From NCBI GenBank assembly GCA_964480475.1, contig CAYZPW010000004.1, positions 1 through 58,715 of the forward strand: a stretch of 58,715 bases of DNA. The letters run 5' to 3'. Origin of the DNA: an uncultured bacterium (GTDB taxonomy: Bacteria; B130-G9). The notes below the pieces were generated by a model that saw only the letters and a program-made list of their open reading frames with translations, did not search any database and was not told the DNA's origin. The translations under genes were made by a program, and so were the position numbers. Positions 46,451-57,522 of this stretch are shown here, piece by piece (positions within the stretch are counted from its first letter, which is position 1; every line of letters begins with the position of its first letter).

Positions 46451-49000
46451 ATGCTTGAGAGGTTCCTGGGGCGAATAGCAGCTCTCTGCTTCACTCGTTC
46501 CTTAACGGTTATTCTCGTCGCGTTGGGGCTGGTTGCGGTCGCGCTGTTTCTTGCGCTTAGGCTTGAGTTCTCAGCCGATATTCGGCAGTTGCTCCCGGAA
46601 TCGGACCCCCGCGTCGAGGAGTACTTCGATGCGATGTCGCGGTTTGCCGGCTCAGAGACGCTCATCGGCGTTGTCAGCCCAACCGGGAAGCAGGATGACC
46701 GCCTCATGCAGGAGTTCGTGAAGCACTTCAGCGAGTCGATAGCGGAGAGCAAACTAGTCGAGAGCGTCGATTTCAACGCCAACCGGATTGCGCTCGTTTT
46801 CTTCAGAGAGTTCTTTCTAAAGCACATTTTCCTATTCCTCGACGAGCAGGATTTCAACGGTGTTGTCGAGGCGCTTTCTGCGGAGGGCATGAAGCGGGCG
46901 TTGAGGCAGGCTCGGGCGACGCTCGTCTCGCAGGTGGGCCTCGTTCAAAAGGAGTTCATCGAGCACGACCCGCTCAACCTGCGGCGATTCATGTTCAAGT
47001 ACAGCCCGAAGCTCAAGCAGGGCCTGAAGCTCGACCTCGTCGATGGCTACTACTTCTCAACCGACCACAAGATGGCCTTTGTGCTGGTAAAACCAAGAGA
47101 CAACTCTCAGAACCTCGAGTTTGACCGCGCGCTGCTTGGCTTCTTGCGACGCGCCGCAGATGCGAGCCTGAATCGGCTGGATGACTTTCACCAATGGACG
47201 AGGGGCGAGGCCGCGAAGCGACTGTCGATTTCGTTTACCGGTCCCCACGCCATACTGCTCGAGGAAAGCGCCGTCATAAGGCACGATATGTTTGCGACGC
47301 TCATCGTCTCTTTCGTGCTTGTGATCCTGCTCTTTGTGGCGGCGTTCGGCCGGCTCGGCAGCCTAGTTTACGTCGGGGTCCCTCTCCTTTCTGCGCTCAC
47401 ATTCACGCTCGCGTTATGTTACTTGACGCTCGGCCACGTGAATCTACTGACGATCGTTCTGGTGGCCTGCAACGTAGGCCTCGGGATAGATTTCGCGGTG
47501 CACCTTTACAGCAGGTATGCCGATGAGCGCGCCTCGGGCAGGACGGGCCAGGACGCGCTGCGCATCTCGTACACGCGCACCGGTGTGGGCACTCTGGCGT
47601 GCGCGGCGACAACATCTCTCGCGTTTCTGAGCTGCGCACTCTGCCGGTTTAGGGGAGTCAAAGAGCTTGGTCTTCTGGCCGCCGCTGGCATCGTTATCTG
47701 CCTCTTCACAACCCTGATGTTCATGGGCGCCCTTCTAAAGCAGGGCGAGCGATTCGCTAGACGTGATTTCAAGACCCCACGCACTGCGGCTTTCGGCCTG
47801 TCCAGGGTCGCACGCCTCGTATCGAATCGCTCAGGCGCCGTCATCGCCGCTTGGGTAATTCTGACGCTAATTGCGGCGGTCAGAGTATCTCAAATGGAGT
47901 TCTCCGAGGATGTCAACAGGCTCAGAGCGAAGACCTCCAAGGCCCTTCAGCTTCAGAGGACGATAAGCTGCGCAGTTGCAGGCAGCTTCAAGGATTGGGT
48001 GATCTTCAAAAGGGTCCCCGACGCCCAGTCCGCTTTGAAGTTCTCTGAGCATGTCCGTGGCGTCTCAGAAGAGATGATCGCATGCGGCACGCTGTCTTCC
48101 GCCTCGTCGCTGCTCGATTTCGTGCCCCCAATCTCAACGCAAAGGGAGAACATCGAACGGCTGGCGCAGCTTGCAGAGCATGCCTCGCCTGAAGAGATGA
48201 TTTCCCGGTTCGAGGCGGCTGCGGCCGAGAGCGGCCTGAGGATGACCGACCGATATGAGGAGTATATCCGTCGGCTGGCGTCATCGCTGCTTGTGAGGGA
48301 CCCCATGGACCTTCACACGGCCACAGCCGATACGTCGCTTCGAAGGCTTCTAGGACGCTTCCTACAGGCCGACGATGATGGCCTCTACACGGCATGCTAC
48401 GTGTCTCCCGCGAAGCTTTTGAGCACCAGAAGCGCCGCAGTCGCATTCGAACGGACGTTGCGAGAGCGCCTCGGCAGCAAAGTCTCGATTGTGAGCACAA
48501 CCTACCTAACTGCCGTCCTGAAAGACCTGGTAACGAAGGATATTTGGTTGATAGCGATCGTCGCCGCTGGCCTTGTATTCGGCGTCTTGCTCGTCCAGTT
48601 CAGGAGGTTTTCGATCGCCCTCGTGGCGATGGCGCCTCTTTGCTCGGGCGCCGTGATGATGCTCGCCGCGGCCTCGATGCTCGGCATCGACCTCAACCCG
48701 GTCAACCTATTCGTCATTCCGATGATACTCGGCATCGGCATCGACGACGGCATTCACCTCGTGCATCGATTCTCCGAGGCTAAATCAACAGCAAAGGACG
48801 CAATCGTCGGCACTGGCAAGGCACTTGTGCTGACGTCCCTAACGACGGTCCTCGCCTTTGGCACGCTGGTCTTCGCCGGATTTGAGGGGCTCGTTCAGGT
48901 CGGCGTCTTCACCATACTGGGCGTGGGATTCGCTCTGCTAGCCTCAATAACGTTCCTACCCGCCCTTTTGCTCCGGTTCGTGAGGCGCGGGGATGACTGA
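46451..49000 (+). CDS. MMPL/RND-family membrane transporter
   Basis: Two 1+5 TM halves with large loops; GLGIDFAVH and GIGIDDGIH. Confidence 0.9.
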   Translation: MLERFLGRIAALCFTRSLTVILVALGLVAVALFLALRLEFSADIRQLLPESDPRVEEYFDAMSRFAGSETLIGVVSPTGKQDDRLMQEFVKHFSESIAESKLVESVDFNANRIALVFFREFFLKHIFLFLDEQDFNGVVEALSAEGMKRALRQARATLVSQVGLVQKEFIEHDPLNLRRFMFKYSPKLKQGLKLDLVDGYYFSTDHKMAFVLVKPRDNSQNLEFDRALLGFLRRAADASLNRLDDFHQWTRGEAAKRLSISFTGPHAILLEESAVIRHDMFATLIVSFVLVILLFVAAFGRLGSLVYVGVPLLSALTFTLALCYLTLGHVNLLTIVLVACNVGLGIDFAVHLYSRYADERASGRTGQDALRISYTRTGVGTLACAATTSLAFLSCALCRFRGVKELGLLAAAGIVICLFTTLMFMGALLKQGERFARRDFKTPRTAAFGLSRVARLVSNRSGAVIAAWVILTLIAAVRVSQMEFSEDVNRLRAKTSKALQLQRTISCAVAGSFKDWVIFKRVPDAQSALKFSEHVRGVSEEMIACGTLSSASSLLDFVPPISTQRENIERLAQLAEHASPEEMISRFEAAAAESGLRMTDRYEEYIRRLASSLLVRDPMDLHTATADTSLRRLLGRFLQADDDGLYTACYVSPAKLLSTRSAAVAFERTLRERLGSKVSIVSTTYLTAVLKDLVTKDIWLIAIVAAGLVFGVLLVQFRRFSIALVAMAPLCSGAVMMLAAASMLGIDLNPVNLFVIPMILGIGIDDGIHLVHRFSEAKSTAKDAIVGTGKALVLTSLTTVLAFGTLVFAGFEGLVQVGVFTILGVGFALLASITFLPALLLRFVRRGDD

Positions 49001-49031
49001 CAGGCTGGATCGTGATTGCACGCGGGGTTGT

Positions 49032-49260
49032 GTAGGGGTGCTGCTTGCTGCACCCTCCTCTGATATGACCGAGCGCTCGCCGGCAGGCGCAGTCTCGCCA
49101 AAGGCGGATATGAAGGGCGGGGCAAGGAGGCTGGGACATAAGTCGGGTGGTTGTGTAGGGGCGTGGTCTCAGACCCGCCCTTTCGAATTGATGGTCGCAT
49201 AAGATGCCTCGTATCCGCAGGGATTCATATAGGCGGGCGGGTCTGAGACACCGCCCCTAC
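49032..49260. repeat. REP mosaic: GTAGGGGTGCTGCTTGCTGCACCC (49032-49055) and GTAG REP doublet copy 5 (49155-49260, spacer inverted)
   Basis: Spacer CATAAGATGCCTCGTATCCGCAGGGATTCA is the reverse complement of that in copies 2-4. Confidence 0.88.
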
Positions 49261-49319
49261 AAGGTAATCGCGATGATCGTGATGCAATTGAAACACGATC
49301 CTGATGGAGGGGATTAGAC

Positions 49320-50138
49320 GTGGCCGCAGCTCCGGACGGGATCGAGCGGGTTGAGCAGAACGGGCTTGTGTATTTCCGTTCAACACGCCTTCAGGGTCTT
49401 GGCGTTCCTCACCTTTTCACGACGCGCCACAGCACGCGAGTCGGCGCACACGCAGAATGGGACCTGGGGTTCAAGGGCCGCGCCGACCCTGAGGCTGTCA
49501 TCCGAGCGAGAGAGTTTGCCTGTCAGGTCCTGGGGGCTGATCTCTCCAGATTGACGGTTACCCAGCAGGTGCATTCTGGACGCGCGGTTGTTGTCGAGGA
49601 ACGTGATGTCGGCCGAGGGGCATCCGGGCCGCAGGACACGATACCCGGCGCGGACGGCATGGTCACGGACGTGCCCGGCGCAGTGCTTCTGATCCTCACA
49701 GCCGATTGCCTCCCCGCTCTGCTGTTCGACCCCGGGGGACGAGTAGGCGCATTCCACGCCGGCTGGCGGGGAGCGCTTGCAGGGATTGCTCAGAATACGG
49801 TCAGGCTAATGGTCGGGCGTTGTGGCTCAAATCCACGTGATTTGACTGCGGTTCTGGGTCCTGCGATTCGGCAGTGTTGCTTCGAGGTGGGCCCAGACGT
49901 CGCAGAGAGATTCAACCTGGCCTCAGGAGGCAAGAAGCGGCAGACCGTCATCACACGTGAGGGACGCTTCTTCGTTGACTTAGCGGCATTTGTCAAAAGC
50001 GAGCTTGTGGCTGTGGGGCTTGAAGAAAAGAACATCATCGACGTCGGACTTTGCACGTCTTGCCTGCCCGAGCTGTTCTACTCCTATCGCCGCGACCGGC
50101 GCCTCATCGGCTCACAAGGCGCAATGATTCGCAGGTAA
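49320..50138 (+). CDS. pgeF: Peptidoglycan editing factor PgeF / YfiH-family polyphenol oxidase-like protein
   Basis: QVHS, TADCLP, HAGWRG, GPAIRQCCFEVG, CTSC..FYSYRR. Confidence 0.93.
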   Translation: MAAAPDGIERVEQNGLVYFRSTRLQGLGVPHLFTTRHSTRVGAHAEWDLGFKGRADPEAVIRAREFACQVLGADLSRLTVTQQVHSGRAVVVEERDVGRGASGPQDTIPGADGMVTDVPGAVLLILTADCLPALLFDPGGRVGAFHAGWRGALAGIAQNTVRLMVGRCGSNPRDLTAVLGPAIRQCCFEVGPDVAERFNLASGGKKRQTVITREGRFFVDLAAFVKSELVAVGLEEKNIIDVGLCTSCLPELFYSYRRDRRLIGSQGAMIRR

Positions 50139-50303
50139 CCGCCACCCACTGACTGTTCAGCGCTCGCTCGCCACCCATTGAATTCTTGAGGCGCCGGGCT
50201 ATGCTACTCCTGGAGATGCAAGGGCTTTTTTCATGGTTCTGCTCAGCGTTGACGGGGTGTGATTGCCCGGTCGCGTCTTAATCCCGAAGAATGGAGAGGA
50301 AAG

Positions 50304-53300
50304 ATGTATAGAGTTTTGCTCACTTTGGCAGTTCTGGTGTTGTCAGTTGGTTTGCAGGCTGAACCTCTGACCCTACAGCCGTACGAGTCGCTCGTCGGGC
50401 CGCTTCCGGAATCAACCCTAATTCCTGAAGAGGTTGACCGAGCGCTTCGATCTGGTCCAGGAGAGTCGGGTGTGCCGGTAGCGCTTGAGGGAGACGGCGA
50501 CTACATACGAGACCTGACGCTCAGAACGCTCCTCTCTCCTTCGGCGCAGGAGTCGCTTGACATCGTGCCCGAGTGGCTAAGGATTGACCTCTACGACATG
50601 TTCACGCGGATGTCGCAGAACGATCAAGAGGATTACGGACAGCTTCTCCTCTCAGTATCCGACCCGCGCCTCATCGACGAGGTAGCGTTTACGATCGCGC
50701 ATTCGTCGAGATCGATCCTGAGCTCTTCCGATCCAGACCTCTACGTCGTGAACGCTCAGCTTCTGTATCAGGTTGATCCCGAGATATCGTATGCCGACAT
50801 CTTGGACTATGGCGAGCCGGGCGTCGATCCCGACTACTACTCGACGATTCTTTACACGTCGATAGTCAGCGGCGCGACTGTTCGATACGAGCTCCCACTC
50901 GACATCTACTACTGGTTCGTGGTTCATCCGAAGCTGGGCGATGAGGACCCGTCGATGAGCCCGACGCTCACCGAACAAACCAGCACTTACGGCTACTTCT
51001 GGCGCGAATATCTTTTCTACAATCCGTCGGAGGAGTTTGATTACACTATCTACCGCATAACTAAGTTCCCAAACATGCTCGAGGTGACAGACGTGGACAG
51101 CTGGGGACCTACTGCTGTTGGATATCTTGAGGATGGCTCGCGACAGTGTCCTGAAGGCATCATCGTGGGCGGTCCGGGCATTGAGAGGCCGGTCTTGGTG
51201 GAATACAACTGGAGTTACGGCCGGATCGTGATGACGACCATGGACCTGGAGCGGGCCTACAACGCTGGACACCGGGAGGCTCTTGAGAATGTCCTAATGC
51301 GCTCCAGCGGACACGAGAGCGAATTCATGGTTCCATACACGGGCAGCGGGTACTTCGACCAAATAGGGATTATCGAGGAGACCGGCGACGCGCAGGTACT
51401 TAATCCCATCTTGCAGGCCCTGGACGACAACGGTATCCGTTATATAGTGTTAACAGTCGATGAGATAGTCCAGATAGAGAGGTGGGAGGAATACTTCACG
51501 AAGATCCTCATCCCCTCCTACCAAGATCGTGACACATACGAGGCCATCGCTTCTGAGGGTTTCATGGCCAAACTCAATGAGTGGGTGGGAATAGTCGGCG
51601 GGACGGTGGAGTTCCATGGGGCCTGCGATCCTGAGAACGACTGGTCGGACCTTCAGCTCTTCAAACTGAGCTACGTAGCGGATGAGATAGACGACGTGGC
51701 GATCAATCGCTTTCCGGTGCTTGGAGAGGTCATCGGTTGCGCGACTCACGTCTGGGACGACAGCTACTTAAGAGCTGGCCTCCCCCGCTACCGCCCATTC
51801 GAGGAAGACTCGATGGCGGTTGACGTTATCACCAACTGGGCGTCCAGAATGCTGTGGATTCAGGCAAGGGGGAATCGCCCGCTCCAGCCGAATCAGATAT
51901 GTTTCGAGCACAACGGCAACTGCGGCGAGATTCAGGACCTGATCAACGCCGCTGCCAGAACGTGCTTGGTTCCGTCGGCTGGGGTCAACAACCACACCTG
52001 GGACCACGTATCCTGTGAGTTTTGGGATCGGGACTGGCACGGGTACCAGGTCGGATGGAATGTTGGCAGCGCCTCGATAGCCAACCAGGGCGTCCTGTCG
52101 GACAAGGACCTCGGAGGCGGCAAGGACTTATCGGCCATATTGCAGGACCGAGGCGATACTTGGCCGGTCAATGCGACCGAAAGATACAGCGAGATATGCC
52201 GGTTCCACGTCAGGGTTGAGGATGTTAACGGCAATCCCGTTGACTGCGCAGAGATTTGGCCCTATGTTTACGATTTCAACGATCCTACCAGGGACCTGAA
52301 GTGCCCTCTGATAGCCTATACCGATTCTTCAGGGGAGGTAATAATGGACCTGGGCAACAAGCGCGACTTCTGGTTCAGAGTGAAGAGCCGAGCCGGTGAT
52401 GTCCACCGTCCCCAGGAGCCGCTTCTTACAGACACCGTTGCGGGCCAGGACTACGAACACACCTTCGTGGTCGATGGCTTCATGCCTCAGCTGCCGGACA
52501 TCGAGGCGATCGAGTTTCCACCCGTTCCGCAGTCTCCCTATGGGTTGTTTGTCTCATACAACGTCGATTACGAGACGCAATACAGCCTCAGTATGGGGTC
52601 ATTCGGGAACAAGAACTATGACGCTGGAAACGTCGACTTCTTCATCCTGAAGTCGGACGATTTCAACAAGTATAGCGATGGCGAGGCGTTTTCGGCCTAC
52701 GAGTGGCGGCACGACTCGGCTGGGGATGAGTTTGAAGTTGACGTCCCAGATGACGAGGTCTATTACCTGGTGTTCTCGAACGAGGACACGCTCATCGTGA
52801 AGGAGTTTGTGTCGATCTTTCTGCAAGTATATCAAAACAATGGCGGGGCCTGGACCCCGGCCGAGAGCTACTCCAACTTCGTCGGGATACCCGCCGGGGA
52901 TTCCTACGTCATTATGTTCAACAACAGGTTGGCGCCAAGCGTCTATGCAGCGGGCTTTTTCGATGCCGAGGTCGATTCATCGGGCAGCTTCGAGCTCGGC
53001 GTTCAGGCGTTCGTGCTCGACCCCAGCGGCCCGCACGACGTGCGCGAGGTCGAGCTTTGCTACGGTGGTGTGCCGCTTGGCAGGTACCTCAAGGATGACG
53101 GTAGATATGATGACGCCATCGCTGGCGACGGGATATTCACGTTTTCGGAGCGCCACATGCCCGGCACGCTCTATCCCGGCGTCTATAAGCTGGAGATAGT
53201 CGCGACCGACATGGCCGGCAACAAGAGCATCTCGTGGCCATATCTGAACGTCCTCTCTATTCCGCTGCGCCTCACGAGCCCAACCTGCTCAATGAACACG

Positions 53301-53657
53301 AACATCTGGCAGCCGGCCGCGACCGCCGATTCTGCCCCGGTGATACTTGGCGGCGGCTTCTTTGGCCGAGACGCGATTCCGCCGGGCGGCATCTTTCGCA
53401 TAATCGTCTATGCGGACGACCCGGACGGCCTCTCAGACATCGATCGCGTCGAGCTCTTCCTTGAGGGCGGCGTCCCGACGGGCGTCCTACTACACGACGA
53501 CGGCGCCGATGGCGATGACCACGCAGGAGACGGCATCTATACGTTCCAGACTTCCATGCCGCCTGGTATCCCGCCGGGCCCACTGACGCTCGAGGTCGTA
53601 GCCTTCGACAAATCAGGCAACATAAGCGCCAGGTATCCGTATTTCACTGTGAGATAG
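50304..53657 (+). CDS. Exported transglutaminase/PNGase-fold protein, paralog 1, with two choice-of-anchor-X-like domains
   Basis: ATG 50304 after GGAGAGG; signal peptide; GNCGE and WDHVSCEFW; two DDG..D..AGDGI(F/Y)TF domains. Confidence 0.75.
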   Translation: MYRVLLTLAVLVLSVGLQAEPLTLQPYESLVGPLPESTLIPEEVDRALRSGPGESGVPVALEGDGDYIRDLTLRTLLSPSAQESLDIVPEWLRIDLYDMFTRMSQNDQEDYGQLLLSVSDPRLIDEVAFTIAHSSRSILSSSDPDLYVVNAQLLYQVDPEISYADILDYGEPGVDPDYYSTILYTSIVSGATVRYELPLDIYYWFVVHPKLGDEDPSMSPTLTEQTSTYGYFWREYLFYNPSEEFDYTIYRITKFPNMLEVTDVDSWGPTAVGYLEDGSRQCPEGIIVGGPGIERPVLVEYNWSYGRIVMTTMDLERAYNAGHREALENVLMRSSGHESEFMVPYTGSGYFDQIGIIEETGDAQVLNPILQALDDNGIRYIVLTVDEIVQIERWEEYFTKILIPSYQDRDTYEAIASEGFMAKLNEWVGIVGGTVEFHGACDPENDWSDLQLFKLSYVADEIDDVAINRFPVLGEVIGCATHVWDDSYLRAGLPRYRPFEEDSMAVDVITNWASRMLWIQARGNRPLQPNQICFEHNGNCGEIQDLINAAARTCLVPSAGVNNHTWDHVSCEFWDRDWHGYQVGWNVGSASIANQGVLSDKDLGGGKDLSAILQDRGDTWPVNATERYSEICRFHVRVEDVNGNPVDCAEIWPYVYDFNDPTRDLKCPLIAYTDSSGEVIMDLGNKRDFWFRVKSRAGDVHRPQEPLLTDTVAGQDYEHTFVVDGFMPQLPDIEAIEFPPVPQSPYGLFVSYNVDYETQYSLSMGSFGNKNYDAGNVDFFILKSDDFNKYSDGEAFSAYEWRHDSAGDEFEVDVPDDEVYYLVFSNEDTLIVKEFVSIFLQVYQNNGGAWTPAESYSNFVGIPAGDSYVIMFNNRLAPSVYAAGFFDAEVDSSGSFELGVQAFVLDPSGPHDVREVELCYGGVPLGRYLKDDGRYDDAIAGDGIFTFSERHMPGTLYPGVYKLEIVATDMAGNKSISWPYLNVLSIPLRLTSPTCSMNTNIWQPAATADSAPVILGGGFFGRDAIPPGGIFRIIVYADDPDGLSDIDRVELFLEGGVPTGVLLHDDGADGDDHAGDGIYTFQTSMPPGIPPGPLTLEVVAFDKSGNISARYPYFTVR

Positions 53658-53662
53658 AGCCG

Positions 53663-53692
53663 TTGATGCCGGGCCCCTGTAACGTGTATAAT
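53663..53692 (+). promoter_or_regulatory. Candidate own promoter of paralog 2
   Basis: TTGATG-18 nt-TATAAT in the 128-bp gap between the paralogs. Confidence 0.45.
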
Positions 53693-53785
53693 GCTCGGCA
53701 AGTATCGATAATTCATACACGGGTGAATCGCTTTTCCGGCGTGATACTTGTCAGGTCACACCGGCAATCGTGAGGAGAACATAGG

Positions 53786-56700
53786 ATGAGAAGAATAGTC
53801 TTGTCAGCAGCGATTTTTTGCTTGGCAGCGGGCTTGCAGCTCGCCAGCCAAGCGGGGCCGTATTCGGTTCCGGCCCAGCCGCTTCCAGGCATGGTTGCGG
53901 CGCCTGACGTTGAACATCAGACCCAGGAGAGAGCGTCCCATAATGGCGTATTGGTCGCACTTGACGGGCGGGGCGACCACCTGCGGGACCTAACATCTAG
54001 GGCGGCCATTTCGCCGTCAGCGGAGGAGTCGCTCGAGATCGTGCCCGACTGGCTCAAGATGGACCTTTACGATATGTTCACGCGGATGGCGCAGAGCGAT
54101 CAGGAAGATTACGGACAGCTGCTGCTCTCGATATCCGATCTGCGCCTCATCGACGAGGTGGCTTTCACGATTGCCCACTCGTCAAAGAGCGTCCTGAGCC
54201 AAACGGACCCGGACCTTTATGTGCGAAACGCCGAGCTTCTGTATCAGATCGATCCAGAGATACCCTACGCTGACATTGTGGATTACGGCGAGGCGGGTGT
54301 GGACCCCGACTTTTACTCTACGGTTCGATACTGGACGATCAGAGACGGCGAGATGGGCCAGTTCGAGCTTCCACTTTCCATTTACTACTGGTTTGTGGTG
54401 CATCCCAAGCTCGGCAAAGAGGACCCATCGATGAGTCCCCAGCCAAGGGAGAATGCGAACACTTATGGCTACTTCTGGCGCGAATACCTCTTCTACAACC
54501 CGTCGGAGGAGTATGACTACAGCCTCAGCTACATGACCAGAGAGCCAAACAGGATAGACGAGTCTGACGTTGACGGCTGGGGGCCTACCGCGGCCGGATA
54601 CCTCGTGGACGGCTCAAAGAAGTGCCCTGACGGCGTGATAGTCGGCGGGCCTGGCATTGAGAAGCCCGTGCTTGTGGAATACATCTGGGGCCAGACTCGC
54701 GTCATCGTTACCACCATGGAAGTTGAGCGGGGCCATGCCGCGGGCAAGGGGGACATGCTGGAGAACCTGACCATGCGTTCAAACGGCCAGTGGGCCGACC
54801 TCCTTTTGAGACAGGGGATCGATCCAGATTACTACGACCAGGTGGCAATTGTCGATGGTTCGGGCGATTGGGGTATTCTGTCCCCGATACAAGAGGTCTT
54901 GGATGACAACGGGATACCCAATTGGGTCATTTCCGCTGAAGAGATGCTTGATGCCGGCCAATGGGGATACTTCTCCAAGGTGATCATCCCCTCACACCAG
55001 AGCCGGTCGTTTTACGAGACAGTTGCCAGCGCCGAGTTCATGGACAACTTCGAATCGTGGGTAGATTTCCGAGGCACGTTAGAGTTCCACGGAGCTTGCG
55101 ATCCTGAAGAGTCATGGGCGGACCTTGAGCTCTTCAAGCTCGGCTACGCGCCGGAGGAGCTCGACGACGTTGCGCTCTACGGCTTTCCCGTCCTTAGCGA
55201 GGTGATAGGCAACGCTAGTTACCTCTGGGATGACAGCGTCAAGAACGCCTCGCTGCCCGGTTCAAGGCCGTTTGAGCCCAATTCGATGGCTGTCGATGTC
55301 ATCTCCAACTGGACTTCCAGGACGATCAATTTCCGCGCAAGAGGCAGTCGGCCGAGTCAGCCCAACCAGATATGCTTTGAGCACGACGGCAACTGCGGCG
55401 AGATACGCTACCTACTCCACGCCGCAGCCAGAACCTGCCTTGTGCCCACAGCGGGCGTCTGCAACAACTCGTGGGACCACGTGACGTGCGAGTTCTGGGA
55501 GCAAGACTGGTATGGCTACCAAGTCAACTTCAACGTCGGCGGCGCCATGATAGCGGATCAAAGGGTGCTTAACGACAAGGACTATGGCGGAACCAGGGAC
55601 TTGTCTGCGATTGAGCAGGACCGAGGCGACAGCTTCCCCGTGAATGCGACGGCGAGATACAGCAAGTCCTGCCGCTTCCATGCGAAGGTTCAGGACCTTG
55701 TTGGCAATCCCGTTGACTGCGCCATGGTTAGGCCCTGGGTTCGCTGGAAGAACCAGCCCAGCGAACCGCTGGACAGCCCGCTGTGCGCGTATACCGATTC
55801 TTCAGGCGAAGTGGTCCTGGACCTGGGCGACCATCGCGACTACTGGTTCGACGTCGAGAGCAGGGCGGGCGATGCGCCCAAAGAGCAGCTCTTGACGGAT
55901 ACTCAGGAGGGTATGGACTACTATCATACCTGGACAATTGAGGAGGGAGTAGTTCCCCAGCTGCCCGAGATCGAGCCGATAGAGTTCCCGTCAGCTCCGC
56001 AGCACCCATACAAGCTGCACGTCTCATTCAGAGCTGATTATGAGACCCTGTATAGTGTGAGTGCGCTGACGTTCGCGGAGAAAAAGGAGGACACGGCCAA
56101 CGTCGATTTCTTCATTCTCGACGCCGACAACTTCAGGAAGTATAGCCAGAAGGAGCCCTTCTCCGCGTATGAATGGCGAGAGGATTACAGGTCCGATGAG
56201 TTTGAGGTCGAGATTCCCGATGATGAGATCTACTACCTGGTCTTCTCGAACGAAGATACCCTTCTCGCCAGGCAATTCGTGACGATAGCCGTCTCGGCGT
56301 TCAAGAACGATGGCCAAACCTGGATTCCCCTTGAAAGCTACTCGAACTTCGTGGGGATACCGGCACAAGATGCCTACGTCATTATGTTCAACAACCTCGT
56401 CGCACCGAGCGTCTATGCGGCGGGCTTCTTCGAGGCACAGGTCGATTCCTCGAGCAGCTTCGAGTTCGGCGTTCAGGCGTTTGTGCTTGACCCGAACGGC
56501 CTGCACGACGTGCGGGACGTCGAGCTTTGCTACGGAGGCGTGCCGCTCGGCAAGTTCCTCAAGGACAACGGAAGGTCAGGCGACGCGCTCGCCGGCGACG
56601 GCATCTTCACGTTCTCGGAGCGTTACATGCCGGGCACGCTCTATCCAGGCGTCTATAAGCTGGAGATCGCCGCGACCGACATGGCCGGCAACACGAGCGT

Positions 56701-57127
56701 CTCGTGGCCTTATCTCAACGTCCTCTCGACTCCGCTGCGCCTCACAGGCCCAACCGGCCCGATGAATACGGACATCTGGCAGCCGGCCGCGACTGCCACC
56801 GGCGCCCCGGTGATACTCGGCGGCGGATTCTTTGGCCGAGACTCCGTGCAGAAGGGGGATACCGTCCGCGTAATCGCCTTTGTGGATGACCCGGACGGCC
56901 TCTCAGACATCGATCGCGTCGAGCTCTTCCTCGAGGGCGGCGTCGCAACAGGCATCCTACTGCACGACGACGGCGCCGATGGCGACGACCACGCCGGCGA
57001 CGGCATATACACCTTCCAGACGCTCATGCCAGCAGGTATCGGAAGCGGCAACCTGACCCTGGAGCTCGTAGCCTTCGACGAGTCCGAAAACTCCAGCGCC
57101 ACATATCCATACTTCACCGTGAGGTAG
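53786..57127 (+). CDS. Exported transglutaminase/PNGase-fold protein, paralog 2
   Basis: Collinear with paralog 1 over its full length; GNCGE, WDHVTCEFW, same duplicated tail. Confidence 0.75.
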   Translation: MRRIVLSAAIFCLAAGLQLASQAGPYSVPAQPLPGMVAAPDVEHQTQERASHNGVLVALDGRGDHLRDLTSRAAISPSAEESLEIVPDWLKMDLYDMFTRMAQSDQEDYGQLLLSISDLRLIDEVAFTIAHSSKSVLSQTDPDLYVRNAELLYQIDPEIPYADIVDYGEAGVDPDFYSTVRYWTIRDGEMGQFELPLSIYYWFVVHPKLGKEDPSMSPQPRENANTYGYFWREYLFYNPSEEYDYSLSYMTREPNRIDESDVDGWGPTAAGYLVDGSKKCPDGVIVGGPGIEKPVLVEYIWGQTRVIVTTMEVERGHAAGKGDMLENLTMRSNGQWADLLLRQGIDPDYYDQVAIVDGSGDWGILSPIQEVLDDNGIPNWVISAEEMLDAGQWGYFSKVIIPSHQSRSFYETVASAEFMDNFESWVDFRGTLEFHGACDPEESWADLELFKLGYAPEELDDVALYGFPVLSEVIGNASYLWDDSVKNASLPGSRPFEPNSMAVDVISNWTSRTINFRARGSRPSQPNQICFEHDGNCGEIRYLLHAAARTCLVPTAGVCNNSWDHVTCEFWEQDWYGYQVNFNVGGAMIADQRVLNDKDYGGTRDLSAIEQDRGDSFPVNATARYSKSCRFHAKVQDLVGNPVDCAMVRPWVRWKNQPSEPLDSPLCAYTDSSGEVVLDLGDHRDYWFDVESRAGDAPKEQLLTDTQEGMDYYHTWTIEEGVVPQLPEIEPIEFPSAPQHPYKLHVSFRADYETLYSVSALTFAEKKEDTANVDFFILDADNFRKYSQKEPFSAYEWREDYRSDEFEVEIPDDEIYYLVFSNEDTLLARQFVTIAVSAFKNDGQTWIPLESYSNFVGIPAQDAYVIMFNNLVAPSVYAAGFFEAQVDSSSSFEFGVQAFVLDPNGLHDVRDVELCYGGVPLGKFLKDNGRSGDALAGDGIFTFSERYMPGTLYPGVYKLEIAATDMAGNTSVSWPYLNVLSTPLRLTGPTGPMNTDIWQPAATATGAPVILGGGFFGRDSVQKGDTVRVIAFVDDPDGLSDIDRVELFLEGGVATGILLHDDGADGDDHAGDGIYTFQTLMPAGIGSGNLTLELVAFDESENSSATYPYFTVR

Positions 57128-57522
57128 TCTGACCGAAAGCTGACCCGATTGAGAGGTCGAAGGGTCAGAGCATTAGAAGCGAGTACATTTGCCGGAGCGG
57201 CGCTTTGGCACGGTGTCTCTACATGGCCTTGTTTAGAACAGCGTTGCGTTTGAACTGTGCTTAGGCCATGATCTGAACCGCCAAGCGTTGGTGGCGCTTC
57301 TGGCGGGCAAGTTCGGGGAGGAGATGATCCCCTCGGCGGTGAGTCCCTTTTGGTTTTGTACCAATCCCCCGGCCCGGCTCTGAGGATAGCGAGGATCCAT
57401 ACAAAATATTGGGGTCTGGAGGGCGAGGAATACGAGATATAGCCACACGTAAGATTGCTTGACTTTGTGCAGAAAAACCGTAATGTTGAGTTGTTAAGGC
57501 ATTTGGATAATAGTATGGGGAG

